This document shows, in pieces, positions 35,419-45,309 of a stretch of 64,000 bases of DNA. The stretch is from positions 7,926 through 71,925 of the forward strand of contig JBJDZH010000011.1 in the NCBI GenBank assembly GCA_051867895.1. The letters run 5' to 3'. The stretch comes from Eubacteriales bacterium (GTDB lineage: Bacteria; Bacillota; Clostridia; Oscillospirales; CAG-272). Positions within the stretch are counted from its first letter, which is position 1. Every line of letters begins with the position of its first letter. Both the position numbers and the translations under genes were made by a program. The notes under the pieces are model-generated. The model had not been told where the DNA came from. It was given only the letters and a program-made list of their open reading frames with translations, and did no database searches.

Positions 35419-38400
35419 ATGAATATAAAGAAATTGGCTTCGGCAGCTCTGTCCCTGGTTATGGCGTGCGGCGCGATCGTTCCCGCCTCGATTCAGCCGG
35501 TCTTCGCAGCATGGGAAGACAAGGTGGACGAGGACGGCAATCCGATCATTGATTACCTTACCAAGGTGTACGCTACCCCGGAAGAAAAGCTCGCCGATAT
35601 GATCCTTGTCAAGGAGCAGAACGGTCATCAGATCTGGTATGAAGAGTTTACCGGCGAAATCGCGTATGTCGATCTTGCCAGCGGTCAGATCCTGTTCACC
35701 AATCCGTGGGACGTTGCCGCGCCCTATGACACGACCGGTTCTGCTTCCACCAAGCAGCAGCTCCTCTCTCAGATTCATATTTCCTATCTGGACAACGGCG
35801 TCGAAAAGTCGATGTACAGCTACACGGACGCGGCGCTGCGCGGTCAGATCCTTCTCAAAAACATCAAGAACGGCGTTCGTGTCGAGTACACGATCGGCGA
35901 GGAGCAGACCATCCGTCTCGTCCCGCGTCTGATTGAAAAGAGCCGCTTTGAGACCCTGATCCTCGACTACATCGAAGACAACTGGATCCATGATAAGCTC
36001 GCTTCCTTCTATACCCTGAAGGATCCCTTCGACTTGAGCCTCACTGAGCGCGCCATCAAGGAAATGCGCGCCAAGTTCCCGATCACCGAAAAAATGGCAG
36101 TTTACGTCTGCGACCCGGATATTAAGCCGCGTGAGCTTCAGCAGCTTGAAGGGTATATCAAGACGTTCTGCACCGCTTATTCCTACGAGGAACTGGATAA
36201 GGACCATCAGGCAACCGGCTATACCGGTGAGGATGCTGCACCGCCGCTGTTCAAGCTGGCGCTGGAGTACACCATCACCGAGGATGGCGATCTGGAAGCA
36301 AGACTTCCTGCTAACGGCATCCGTTACGACGAATCCGCCTACAAACTCAAGACCGTTACGGTTCTCCCGTACATGGGCGCCGGCAGCAATAACTTCACCG
36401 GTTACACCTTCATTCCGGACGGCGACGGTACGCTGATCCGTTTTGAGGATGTCAAGGGGTCCACCTACAACATCTCCGGCAGCATCTACGGCCCCGACTA
36501 CGCATACCATAAGATCTCCAATCAGCACACTGAGGTTATGCGCTGGCCGGTATACGGCGTTGTGACCAACTACACGCGCAACTGGACTGAGACCTATGAG
36601 GAGATCATCTCCGAGGAGACCGTCGACGAGGAAGGCAATGTCGTTCCCGCCGTCAAGCAGAAGGTCACTGAGAAGAAGAGCTACGCCGAGGATAAGGGCT
36701 TCCTTGCCATCATCACCGAGGGCGACTCCCTGGCTTCCCTCATGAGCGTCCACGGCGGCACGCTCCACTCCTTCAATACCGTCTACCCGATGTTCACCCC
36801 GCGCCCGAGCGATGAGTACAACCTCCGCGCTTCGATCTCCGTCGGTGCGAACACCACCTGGACCGTTGAGTCCAAGCGTAAATACACCGGCAGCTACCGC
36901 ATCCTTTATAAGATGCTTACCGACGAGAATATCGCCAAGGAGAAGAATCTGAAGGATACCTACGCAGCCAACTATATGGGCATGGCGAACGCCTACCGTG
37001 ATTACCTCTACTCCAACGGCACGCTGACCATGCTTGAGGATACGACGGCGGATATCCCGCTCTATATCGAATCCTTCGGCTCCATGGAGACCACAAAGCG
37101 CATCCTTTCCTTCCCGGTGACCGTCGACACGCCTCTGACCACCTTTGAGGACATCAAGACGATGTACGACGAGCTGAGTGAAGCTGGCGTCGGCAGAATC
37201 AACTTCCGCCTGACCGGCTTTGCCAACGGCGGTATGGATTCCACCGTTCCGTATAAGCTGAAATGGATGAAGGTCGTGGGCGGCTCTGATGGCTTCAGCG
37301 ACCTGCTCAGCTACTCCAAGGAGAAGGGCTTCGGCGTCTTCCCGGATTTTGACTTTGAGTACGCAAAGATGGACGAGATTGGCGACGGTCTCAGCCTGCG
37401 CAGCCACGCAGTCAAGACCATCGACGACCGCTATACCTCCAAGCGTTATTACGACGCCGCTACTCAGTCCTTCACCAACGACTACTCCCTCTGCATTTCC
37501 GCTTCTGCGTTCGATCACTTCTACACGAAGTTCAGTTCGAACTACAAGAAGTTCGACGTCGATTCCATTTCCGTGTCCACCCTCGGTACGGAGCTCAACT
37601 CCGACTTTGACGAGGATGAACCGTACAACCGTGAGGATTCCAAGCAGTTTACCATCGAGCTCCTCCAGAAGATCGATGCGGACTATAAGAACGTGATGGT
37701 GGATGGCGGCAACGCGTACACGCTCCCGTATGCCGACCACATCGTCAAGATCTCCACCAACAGCTCCAAGTTCGTGCAGGCGAGCGAGGCGATCCCGTTC
37801 ATGGGTATCGTTCTCCACGGTGCAAAGTACTTTGCGGGCACCCCGATCAATATGGAAGGCGATATTTCTTCTGCCGTCCTGAAGGCGATCGAGAACGGCG
37901 CCAGCCTGTACTTCATCCTCTCCAAGCAGAACACAAGCGAGCTGAAGGAGGACGTTGAATTCTGCCAGTACTACTCCGTTGCCTATGACATCTGGAAAGA
38001 TGAAGTCGTTGAGTACTACAAGCAGTTGAACGATGCAACAAAGGATCTTCAGACCTCCCTGATTGTCGATCACGAATTCCTCTATGGCGAGAGAGTCCCG
38101 GATCCCGATGAGCTTGCAGCCGATGAGGCAGTTCTTAAGGCTCAGGAAGAAGCCGAGGCGCTTGCAGCTGAGGAAGCTCTTATTAAGGAAGAGCGTCAGA
38201 AGAAGTATGCGGAGCTCCACGGTGAAACCGTCGAGGATCTGACCGAAACCGAAGAACCGGATGAGGAAGAAACAGACGACGAGGACACCGAAGAACCCGC
38301 AGAAGAGGAAACCGCTGAGCCGGAAGCTGAACAGCCTGCGGACGGCGCATATGTCAAGACCAAGTACACGACGACCAAGGGCTCCATCGTCCGCGTCGAG

Positions 38401-38511
38401 TATGAGGGCGGCGTAAACTTCCTCCTCAACTACAATTCCTTTGACGTAACGGTCAAATACAACGGTCAGACGTACACGATCGCCTCGCTTGGCTTCGTGC
38501 GCATCGGCTGA
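35419..38511 (+). CDS. Large secreted DUF5696-like protein
   Basis: Signal peptide ending VFA-A; VLPYMGAG..GY.FIPDGDG.LI.F, WPVYG, GFANGG, GGNAY.LPYA and IPF..IVLHG motifs. Confidence 0.7.
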   Translation: MNIKKLASAALSLVMACGAIVPASIQPVFAAWEDKVDEDGNPIIDYLTKVYATPEEKLADMILVKEQNGHQIWYEEFTGEIAYVDLASGQILFTNPWDVAAPYDTTGSASTKQQLLSQIHISYLDNGVEKSMYSYTDAALRGQILLKNIKNGVRVEYTIGEEQTIRLVPRLIEKSRFETLILDYIEDNWIHDKLASFYTLKDPFDLSLTERAIKEMRAKFPITEKMAVYVCDPDIKPRELQQLEGYIKTFCTAYSYEELDKDHQATGYTGEDAAPPLFKLALEYTITEDGDLEARLPANGIRYDESAYKLKTVTVLPYMGAGSNNFTGYTFIPDGDGTLIRFEDVKGSTYNISGSIYGPDYAYHKISNQHTEVMRWPVYGVVTNYTRNWTETYEEIISEETVDEEGNVVPAVKQKVTEKKSYAEDKGFLAIITEGDSLASLMSVHGGTLHSFNTVYPMFTPRPSDEYNLRASISVGANTTWTVESKRKYTGSYRILYKMLTDENIAKEKNLKDTYAANYMGMANAYRDYLYSNGTLTMLEDTTADIPLYIESFGSMETTKRILSFPVTVDTPLTTFEDIKTMYDELSEAGVGRINFRLTGFANGGMDSTVPYKLKWMKVVGGSDGFSDLLSYSKEKGFGVFPDFDFEYAKMDEIGDGLSLRSHAVKTIDDRYTSKRYYDAATQSFTNDYSLCISASAFDHFYTKFSSNYKKFDVDSISVSTLGTELNSDFDEDEPYNREDSKQFTIELLQKIDADYKNVMVDGGNAYTLPYADHIVKISTNSSKFVQASEAIPFMGIVLHGAKYFAGTPINMEGDISSAVLKAIENGASLYFILSKQNTSELKEDVEFCQYYSVAYDIWKDEVVEYYKQLNDATKDLQTSLIVDHEFLYGERVPDPDELAADEAVLKAQEEAEALAAEEALIKEERQKKYAELHGETVEDLTETEEPDEEETDDEDTEEPAEEETAEPEAEQPADGAYVKTKYTTTKGSIVRVEYEGGVNFLLNYNSFDVTVKYNGQTYTIASLGFVRIG

Positions 38512-38528
38512 GAAAGGGGAGTTAAGCA

Positions 38529-39506
38529 ATGAGTGCTAAAGTAAAGAACGACGATATCTTCGGCGCATCCGGCAAGAAGAGAAAACGCGGCGCTTCCCTT
38601 GACGTCAAGAAGGCACGTGCCGGCTGGTGGTTCGTGCTGCCCTTTGTCCTCGGTTTCGTCCTTTTGTACCTGCCGATCATCTACGATTCCATCAAGTACA
38701 GCTTCCACGAGATCCGCATCCTCTCCGGCGGCGGCTTCCGACTGGAATGGGTGGGCTGGCAGAACTACAGCGACGCGCTGTTTGTCGATCCCTCCTATGT
38801 GCAGACTCTGACAAGCGGCATCAAACAGTTGATTATCGACATTCCCGCAATCGTCATTTTCTCCCTGTTTGTCGCTATCCTTCTGAACGGCAAGATCGCC
38901 GGACGCGCAGCGTTCCGTGCTATCTTCTTCATCCCGGTCCTTCTGACGACCGGTCTGATTGCGGACATCGACAACGCCAACATTCTCATGGATAACATGG
39001 AATCCGAAAGCGGCATCGATACCGGTGCGGGTACCAACACCGTCTCCGAGATCGTTTCCGTCATGGACGTTCAGATGCTCTTCAACAACATGATGATCGG
39101 TACGGAGCTGGTCGAATATGTTGTAAATCTGGTCAACAACATCTTCAACATTATCAACCGCTCCGGTGTTCAGATGCTGATCTTCCTCTCCGGACTTCAG
39201 TCCATCTCTCCCGCCATTTACGAATCCTGCTCCATCGACGGCGCAAGCGCATGGGAAACTTTCTGGAAGATCACCCTTCCGATGGTCAGCCCGATGATCC
39301 TTGTCAACACCGTCTATACGGTCATCGACTCCTTTACATCCTCCAACAACAACGTCATGAGATATATCTCAAACGTCAACCAGCAGGCAAACGGAAACGT
39401 TCTTGCTTCTGCCATGTCATGGATGTACTTCCTGCTTGTTATGCTCATCATAGCAGCGGTAGCCGGTGTCCTCAGCGCGTTCGTATTCTATCAGAGAAGA
39501 GATTAA
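38529..39506 (+). CDS. Carbohydrate ABC permease (MalF-like) 3
   Basis: FRAIFFIPV and EAA loop IYESCSIDGASAWETFWKITLP. Confidence 0.9.
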   Translation: MSAKVKNDDIFGASGKKRKRGASLDVKKARAGWWFVLPFVLGFVLLYLPIIYDSIKYSFHEIRILSGGGFRLEWVGWQNYSDALFVDPSYVQTLTSGIKQLIIDIPAIVIFSLFVAILLNGKIAGRAAFRAIFFIPVLLTTGLIADIDNANILMDNMESESGIDTGAGTNTVSEIVSVMDVQMLFNNMMIGTELVEYVVNLVNNIFNIINRSGVQMLIFLSGLQSISPAIYESCSIDGASAWETFWKITLPMVSPMILVNTVYTVIDSFTSSNNNVMRYISNVNQQANGNVLASAMSWMYFLLVMLIIAAVAGVLSAFVFYQRRD

Positions 39507-39524
39507 GAGAGGAGGTACGCATAC

Positions 39525-40589
39525 ATGAATAAAGTCGAAACGGCTCCGAGAGTCACAAAGGAAACCAAGAACAAGATACGTGTGGAGTTTGAGCGTACTC
39601 CCCTTCTGGAGCGTCTCAAAGCCAAGTTCGTAAACGTCTACTTCTTCAAGAGAGTCCTCGTTTACATCTTCAAGTTCCTGTTCCTGCTCGGCATTTCCTA
39701 CGTCATCCTCTTCCCGTTCTATTCGAAGATCGCATCTTCCTTTATGAGCCCTGAGGATTTCGTCGATGTTACGGTCCGCCTGATCCCGCGTCATCCGACG
39801 CTCAGCACCTATAAGGCGATCATCGTCGACAACAACTACTTCACCGCATTCTTCAATACATTGTGGCTGTCCGGACTGTGCGCGGTCCTCCAGACCTTTG
39901 TCTGCTGCCTTGTCGGCTACGGTCTGGCAAAGTTCAAGTTCCGCGGAAACAAACTCCTGTTTTTGCTGGTTGTCTTCACGATGGTCGTGCCGCACTCCAC
40001 TTTGCAGCTCTCCATGTTCATGAAGTTCCGTTATTTCGATATCGGATTCGGAAAATTCAGCATTCTTAACTTCCTCGGCGGCGGTCTGATCGATTCCGTG
40101 GCGATCCTCAACGATACGTCCATTAACCTTATCAACACCCGCTGGCCGCTGATTATCCTCTCCGCTACTGGTCTCGCCTTCAAGAACGGCTTGTATGTCT
40201 TCATGCTCCGTCAGTTCTTCAAGGGCGTTCCCGACGAGCTGGAAGAATCCGCTTATCTGGACGGCTCCGGCGTGTTCAGAACCTTTGTCCAGATCATCCT
40301 GCCGCTTTCTATCCCGGTTCTGATTACGGTCTTCATGTTCACGTTCTCCTGGCAGTGGACGGATAACTTCTACACCAACGTGTTCTACACCACAACTGGT
40401 CCGCTTCTGATGCCGAAGATCGTCAAGGTTCCGAAGTCTCTCGATACCGCTTACGCCGGCGAAAACATGTACGTCGCGGCGATCCGCAATACCTGCGGTA
40501 TCCTGATCCTGCTCCCCCTGCTCATTCTCTACTCTTTCATGCAGAGATACATCATTCAGGGTATCGAGCGCTCCGGTATCACGGGCTGA
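39525..40589 (+). CDS. Carbohydrate ABC permease (MalG-like) 4
   Basis: GYGLAKFKFRG, RQFFKGVPDELEESAYLDG and QRYIIQGI. Confidence 0.9.
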   Translation: MNKVETAPRVTKETKNKIRVEFERTPLLERLKAKFVNVYFFKRVLVYIFKFLFLLGISYVILFPFYSKIASSFMSPEDFVDVTVRLIPRHPTLSTYKAIIVDNNYFTAFFNTLWLSGLCAVLQTFVCCLVGYGLAKFKFRGNKLLFLLVVFTMVVPHSTLQLSMFMKFRYFDIGFGKFSILNFLGGGLIDSVAILNDTSINLINTRWPLIILSATGLAFKNGLYVFMLRQFFKGVPDELEESAYLDGSGVFRTFVQIILPLSIPVLITVFMFTFSWQWTDNFYTNVFYTTTGPLLMPKIVKVPKSLDTAYAGENMYVAAIRNTCGILILLPLLILYSFMQRYIIQGIERSGITG

Positions 40590-40603
40590 GTTCTGTTCCT
40601 GAC

Positions 40604-40639
40604 AAAAAAGACGCTGAATTCTTTCAGCGTCTTTTTTTT
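40604..40639. terminator. Terminator of the ABC operon (bidirectional with alaS)
   Basis: AAAAAAGACGCTGAA-TTCT-TTCAGCGTCTTTTTTTT. Confidence 0.9.
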
Positions 40640-40704
40640 GTTTTTTGTATATATAAAGCGCGGCATACGGAGACGATCCGTATACCGCGCCGGGAAAACA
40701 AGAA

Positions 40705-43338
40705 TTACCGGAGCATGCCAGAGAGGATGCTCTCTGCGGAAGCAAGCGCCTCAGAAATTTTTGACAGATCGCGTCCGCCGGAGGTCGCGCTGTCCGGGCG
40801 TCCGCCGCCCTTGCCGCCGGTGACGGCGCTGACAGCTTTCAGCAGATTGCCGGCATGTGCGCCTGCCTTGACGGCATCAGCGCCGCATACAGCGAGAAAA
40901 TTCAGCTTTTCGCCTTCGTGGATGGCGATCACACCGACTGCATCGGGCGTCTCTTTCAGGGTGTCGCAGAGAGTGCGGGCTGCCTGCATGGACATGGCAC
41001 CCATATCGGCGGTAATCAGAGAAAGGGAGCCGATGTGCTTGGCGTGCGCGAAGAGGGCGTCCAGCTTGGAGGCGGCAACTTTGGCGTTCAGGGATTCCAC
41101 CATGCGCTTTTCTGCACGCAGCTCATTCTGAAGCTGGGCAGCGCGTGCGGGCAGATCGGTCTCATTCTGGGCTTTCAGCTCATGAGCAGTCTGTGCCAAA
41201 AGGGAATCCTTTTCAGCCAGCAGGCGAAGCACGCCGCGTCCCGTGACTGCTTCAATTCTGCGGACGCCAGCCGCGACGGAGGATTCGGAGATAATTTTGA
41301 ACAGACCGATCTTGCCGGTGTTGGAGCAGTGCGTGCCGCCGCACAGCTCCGTCGAGAAGGTGCCCATTTTGACCATGCGGACGACTTTACCGTATTTTTC
41401 CCCGAACAGAGCCATGGCGCCGTTTTTCCGTGCTGTGTCAATGTCAGTCTCGACCGTAACGATCTCGTTGGCGGCGAGGATGTTGGTGTTCACCAGATTT
41501 TCGACAGCCGCCAGTTCCTTGTCGGTCAGCGCGGCGAAGTGGGTGAAGTCAAAGCGGCAGATGGTGTCGCTCACATAGGAGCCAGCCTGCTCTACGTGAT
41601 CGCCGAGAACGGTCCGCAGCGCCGCCTGAAGGAGGTGCGCCGCCGAATGGTTGCGCATGATGGCCTGACGGCGCATGTCGGAGATATCCGCCATCACCGT
41701 ATCGCCTACGGAGAAGATGCCCTGGACGACCGTGCAGAGGTGAATATATACGCCGTCGGATTTTTTCGTGTCGTATACGTTTATCATGCGGCCCTCGGCG
41801 TAGATGGTTCCTTCGTCGCCTACCTGACCGCCTCCCTCTCCGTAGAAAGGAGTACGATCCAGAATGAGGGAGCAGTCTCCCTCGCTGACGCTGTCGACCG
41901 CCTTGTCATCCACAAGAATGGCAAGAATCTTCGCCTCGGAGCGGAAGTCGGAGTATCCGGTGAACTCAGTTTTGGGGAGATCCGCCAGCAGGCTCTTGGA
42001 GGATTCGCTCCAGCCGCTGATGTTTGCACGCGCTTCGCGGGCGCGCTGTTTCTGCGCCTTCATCAGTGCCTGGAATGTCTTTTCGTCAATGTGGAGATGG
42101 CTCTCTTCGGCGATCTCACGCGTGAGATCGATCGGGAAGCCGAAAGTGTCGTACAGCTTGAATACTTCCTCACCGGAGATGGTGTCAGCGTTCTGCTCCA
42201 CGGCGCCGCGGATCAGGTTGGAAAGGATGGAAAGCCCGGCGTCGATGGTCGCGTCGAAGCGTTCTTCTTCCATGGAGAGGACGCGGCGGATATAGTCGGC
42301 GCGGGAGGAGAGCTCCGGGTACGCGCCGCAGCTCTCGGCGATCGCCACATTCACCATATCGATCAGGAACGGGCGGGAGATGCCGAGCAGCTTGCCGTGG
42401 CGGCAGGCACGGCGGATGATGCGGCGCAGCACGTAGCCGCGCCCTTCGTTGGAGGGAATAACGCCGTCGGAGATCATGAACATCGCGCTGCGGGTGTGGT
42501 CGGTGATGACGCGGATGGAGATATCGTTATCCTTGTCCGCGCCGTAGGTCTTTCCGGAGATCTCGCAGACCTTGTCCAGCACCTTGCGGATGGAATCCAC
42601 TTCAAACATGTTGTCCACGCCCTGCATCACACAGGCAAGACGCTCCAGACCCATGCCGGTGTCGATATTCTTCTGGGCGAGCTCGGTATAGTTGCCCTGA
42701 CCGTCGCTGTTGAACTGGGAGAACACGTTGTTCCAGATCTCCATAAAGCGGTCGCAGTCGCAGCCGGGACGGCAGTCCGGGGAGCCGCAGCCGTACTTTT
42801 CGCCGCGGTCAAAGTAGATCTCAGAACAGGGACCGCAGGGACCGGTGCCATGCTCCCAGAAGTTGTCCTCCTTGCCAAGGCGTGTGATCCGTTCGGCGGG
42901 AACGCCGATGACCTTGTTCCAGATCTCAAAGGCCTCCTCGTCCTTTTCATAGACGGACGGCCAGAGCTTGTCCTCAGGAATGCCGAGCCATTCGGGGGAG
43001 GTCAGGAATTCCCATGCCCACGGAATCGCCTCATTTTTGAAATAATCGCCGAAGGAGAAGTTGCCGAGCATCTCAAAGAATGTGCCGTGCCGAGCGGTGT
43101 GGCCGACGCGCTCCAGATCCGGCGTGCGGATGCACTTCTGGCAAGTGGTAACACGCTTGCGGGGCGGCGTGACCTCGCCGGTGAAGAACTTCTTCATCGG
43201 CGCCATGCCGGAGTTGATGAGCAGCAGGGACTTGTCTCCCTGCGGGATCAGGGGAAAGCTGGGCAGGCGCAGATGCCCTTTGGATTCAAAAAACGAGAGG
43301 TATTTTTCTCTCAGATCGTTCAGAGATGTCCACTCCAT
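40705..43338 (-). CDS. alaS: Alanyl-tRNA synthetase
   Basis: NSGMAPMK, CQKCIR, HGTFFEMLGNFSFGDYFK, DTGMGLER, editing motifs HSAAH and ELCGGTH, and C-terminal GGKGGG. Confidence 0.98.
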   Translation of the reverse strand: MEWTSLNDLREKYLSFFESKGHLRLPSFPLIPQGDKSLLLINSGMAPMKKFFTGEVTPPRKRVTTCQKCIRTPDLERVGHTARHGTFFEMLGNFSFGDYFKNEAIPWAWEFLTSPEWLGIPEDKLWPSVYEKDEEAFEIWNKVIGVPAERITRLGKEDNFWEHGTGPCGPCSEIYFDRGEKYGCGSPDCRPGCDCDRFMEIWNNVFSQFNSDGQGNYTELAQKNIDTGMGLERLACVMQGVDNMFEVDSIRKVLDKVCEISGKTYGADKDNDISIRVITDHTRSAMFMISDGVIPSNEGRGYVLRRIIRRACRHGKLLGISRPFLIDMVNVAIAESCGAYPELSSRADYIRRVLSMEEERFDATIDAGLSILSNLIRGAVEQNADTISGEEVFKLYDTFGFPIDLTREIAEESHLHIDEKTFQALMKAQKQRAREARANISGWSESSKSLLADLPKTEFTGYSDFRSEAKILAILVDDKAVDSVSEGDCSLILDRTPFYGEGGGQVGDEGTIYAEGRMINVYDTKKSDGVYIHLCTVVQGIFSVGDTVMADISDMRRQAIMRNHSAAHLLQAALRTVLGDHVEQAGSYVSDTICRFDFTHFAALTDKELAAVENLVNTNILAANEIVTVETDIDTARKNGAMALFGEKYGKVVRMVKMGTFSTELCGGTHCSNTGKIGLFKIISESSVAAGVRRIEAVTGRGVLRLLAEKDSLLAQTAHELKAQNETDLPARAAQLQNELRAEKRMVESLNAKVAASKLDALFAHAKHIGSLSLITADMGAMSMQAARTLCDTLKETPDAVGVIAIHEGEKLNFLAVCGADAVKAGAHAGNLLKAVSAVTGGKGGGRPDSATSGGRDLSKISEALASAESILSGMLR

Positions 43339-43395
43339 GGAAAAACTCCTTTATATTGCAATCAAGATGGATATTGATTTGGATACAGATAATTT

Positions 43396-43424
43396 ATTAT
43401 ATCACTTCCGCAGGAAAGTGTCAA
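43396..43424 (-). promoter_or_regulatory. Consensus sigma-A promoter of alaS
   Basis: TTGACA-17-TATAAT with TG extension on the minus strand. Confidence 0.85.
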
Positions 43425-43554
43425 CGGTTGGCGGAAACGGCGGGAGAACTTTTCGGAAAGTTCCCATGCTCCGCAGGATTTGTATTGCACATGGGAATAC
43501 AGTTACGCGGATTTTGAAATGCGGCGCACGGCTGTGCGGAAATGAAGATTGTTC

Positions 43555-43583
43555 TTTACAAAAACATGGGCAGGTATTATACT
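43555..43583 (+). promoter_or_regulatory. Sigma-A promoter of the GH51 gene
   Basis: TTTACA-17-TATACT. Confidence 0.65.
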
Positions 43584-43652
43584 GATAAGGAAGAAAAAGC
43601 CGGCAGACAGCGCCGGCGGATACAGAAAAAACATACTGCAGGGAGGTAATCT

Positions 43653-45110
43653 ATGGAACGAATCTGTCTGATCGCATCGGACGGCAAGGGCAGGATCGCC
43701 CCGGAGATCTATGGACATTTCGCCGAGCATCTCGGAGGTGTGTTTCGCGGCGGGCTATGGGTAGGCGAAGATTCCGATGTGCCCAACATCCGCGGCTTCC
43801 GCCGTTTCGTGGTGGAGAAATTCCGCGCGATCCGACCGCCGGTCCTTCGCTATCCGGGAGGATGCTTTGCCGAAACGTACAACTGGCGCGACGGCATCGG
43901 TCCGCGCGCTCATCGTCCGAAAACGCTGAACTGGTGGTACAGGGACGACCGGCGTGTGGAAACGAATGAAGTCGGCACGCATGAATTTGTCGATTTCTGC
44001 CGCATGACCGGCGCGCAGCCGTATCTGGCGGGGAATCTCACTTCCATGACGCCGCTTGACTTGCGTAACTGGATGGAGTACTGCGATCTGCCCGCGGGAA
44101 CGACGACGCTTGCCGCCGAGCGGGCGGAAAACGGGGACAGCGAGCCGCTGGGGATTCGTTTCTGGGGCATCGGGAACGAGAACTGGGGCGGCGGAGGCAA
44201 TATGACGCCGGATATGTACGCGCGCGAATATGTCCGCTATGCCACCATCTGCCACTCCGCGAACGTCAACGGAGCGCGCTACGTCGCCTGCGGTGCAAAC
44301 GGCTTCGATGTGGCGTGGACGGAGCGTTTTATGCGTGCGTTTTCCGAAAAGCGGGCTCCGCTGTGGGGACTGTCCTTCCATTATTACTGCGGCGGAGCGG
44401 GTGATCCGGTTGCGTTCACGGAAGCGGAGTGGGATACGCTGGTCGGCCGCGCCGCGCAGATGCAGGAGCTGATCGAGCGGCACAAGGCGGCGATGCTGAC
44501 CTTCGATCCGAAGCGGGAGATAAAGATCGTTGTGGACGAGTGGGGCTGCTGGCATCCGGACGGAAGCGGTCCGAGCCGGGGATACAATCTGTTTGAGCAG
44601 CAGTCCACGATGCGAGACGCCGTGATTGCGGCGCTCACGCTGAACATCTTCAACAACAACTGCGACGTGGTCGCGATGGCGAACGTTGCGCAGTTGTGCA
44701 ACAACCTGCACTGCCTGTTCCTCGCGGACTGGGAGTACGAGATCGTAACGCCGACGTATCATGTGTTCGATCTGTATAAGGAGCATCAGGGCGCGCGCCA
44801 TATTCATACCGCCGGCGCGTCGGACAAGCTGTCTGTCTCCGCCTCGGAGAAAAACGGTGTTGTCACGGTGACGATGGCGAATCTCAGCTTCGGCGAGGCG
44901 CGCGAGATCGAGCTGTCCTCCTTCGACGTGCCGCTGGGCACGCAGGCGGTCTGGACGGTGTTGGCGTGCGAGGATCCGCACGCGCACAATACCTTTGAGA
45001 CGCCGGACACGGTGACGCCGGGCGTGCCGCAGACGCTGCCCGTGCGGGAGGGAAAATTGACGCTGACGCTTCCCGCTGCGGCGGTCGCCCGGCTGGAGAT
45101 CCGGTTCTGA
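43653..45110 (+). CDS. abfA: GH51 alpha-L-arabinofuranosidase (cytoplasmic)
   Basis: IYGHFAEHLG, RYPGGCFA, acid/base GNENWG, nucleophile DEWG.W, and MANVAQ..N.L. Confidence 0.92.
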   Translation: MERICLIASDGKGRIAPEIYGHFAEHLGGVFRGGLWVGEDSDVPNIRGFRRFVVEKFRAIRPPVLRYPGGCFAETYNWRDGIGPRAHRPKTLNWWYRDDRRVETNEVGTHEFVDFCRMTGAQPYLAGNLTSMTPLDLRNWMEYCDLPAGTTTLAAERAENGDSEPLGIRFWGIGNENWGGGGNMTPDMYAREYVRYATICHSANVNGARYVACGANGFDVAWTERFMRAFSEKRAPLWGLSFHYYCGGAGDPVAFTEAEWDTLVGRAAQMQELIERHKAAMLTFDPKREIKIVVDEWGCWHPDGSGPSRGYNLFEQQSTMRDAVIAALTLNIFNNNCDVVAMANVAQLCNNLHCLFLADWEYEIVTPTYHVFDLYKEHQGARHIHTAGASDKLSVSASEKNGVVTVTMANLSFGEAREIELSSFDVPLGTQAVWTVLACEDPHAHNTFETPDTVTPGVPQTLPVREGKLTLTLPAAAVARLEIRF

Positions 45111-45309
45111 GCTGCCGCGCAGGCGGATAGCCGGAACGGATCCGGCGGCTTCCCTTTTGCGGTCGCTTTCCGGAAGGGACGGGGAGTGCTTTTTCTGGTT
45201 TTGCAGAGTACCGTTCGGGATAACGCTCCCCGCTATGTTTTTTTGGAAAATAAAGGGGAACAAAGCCGCACGGACTTCGTCCAAAAAACAAACGACTCCG
45301 GAGGTATTT

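Noticed and set aside
28533-38529. 987-aa and 1750-aa antisense ORFs over the ABC operon
   Set aside because: The same codon-bias artefact; the longer one spans two separate sense genes that share a reading frame.
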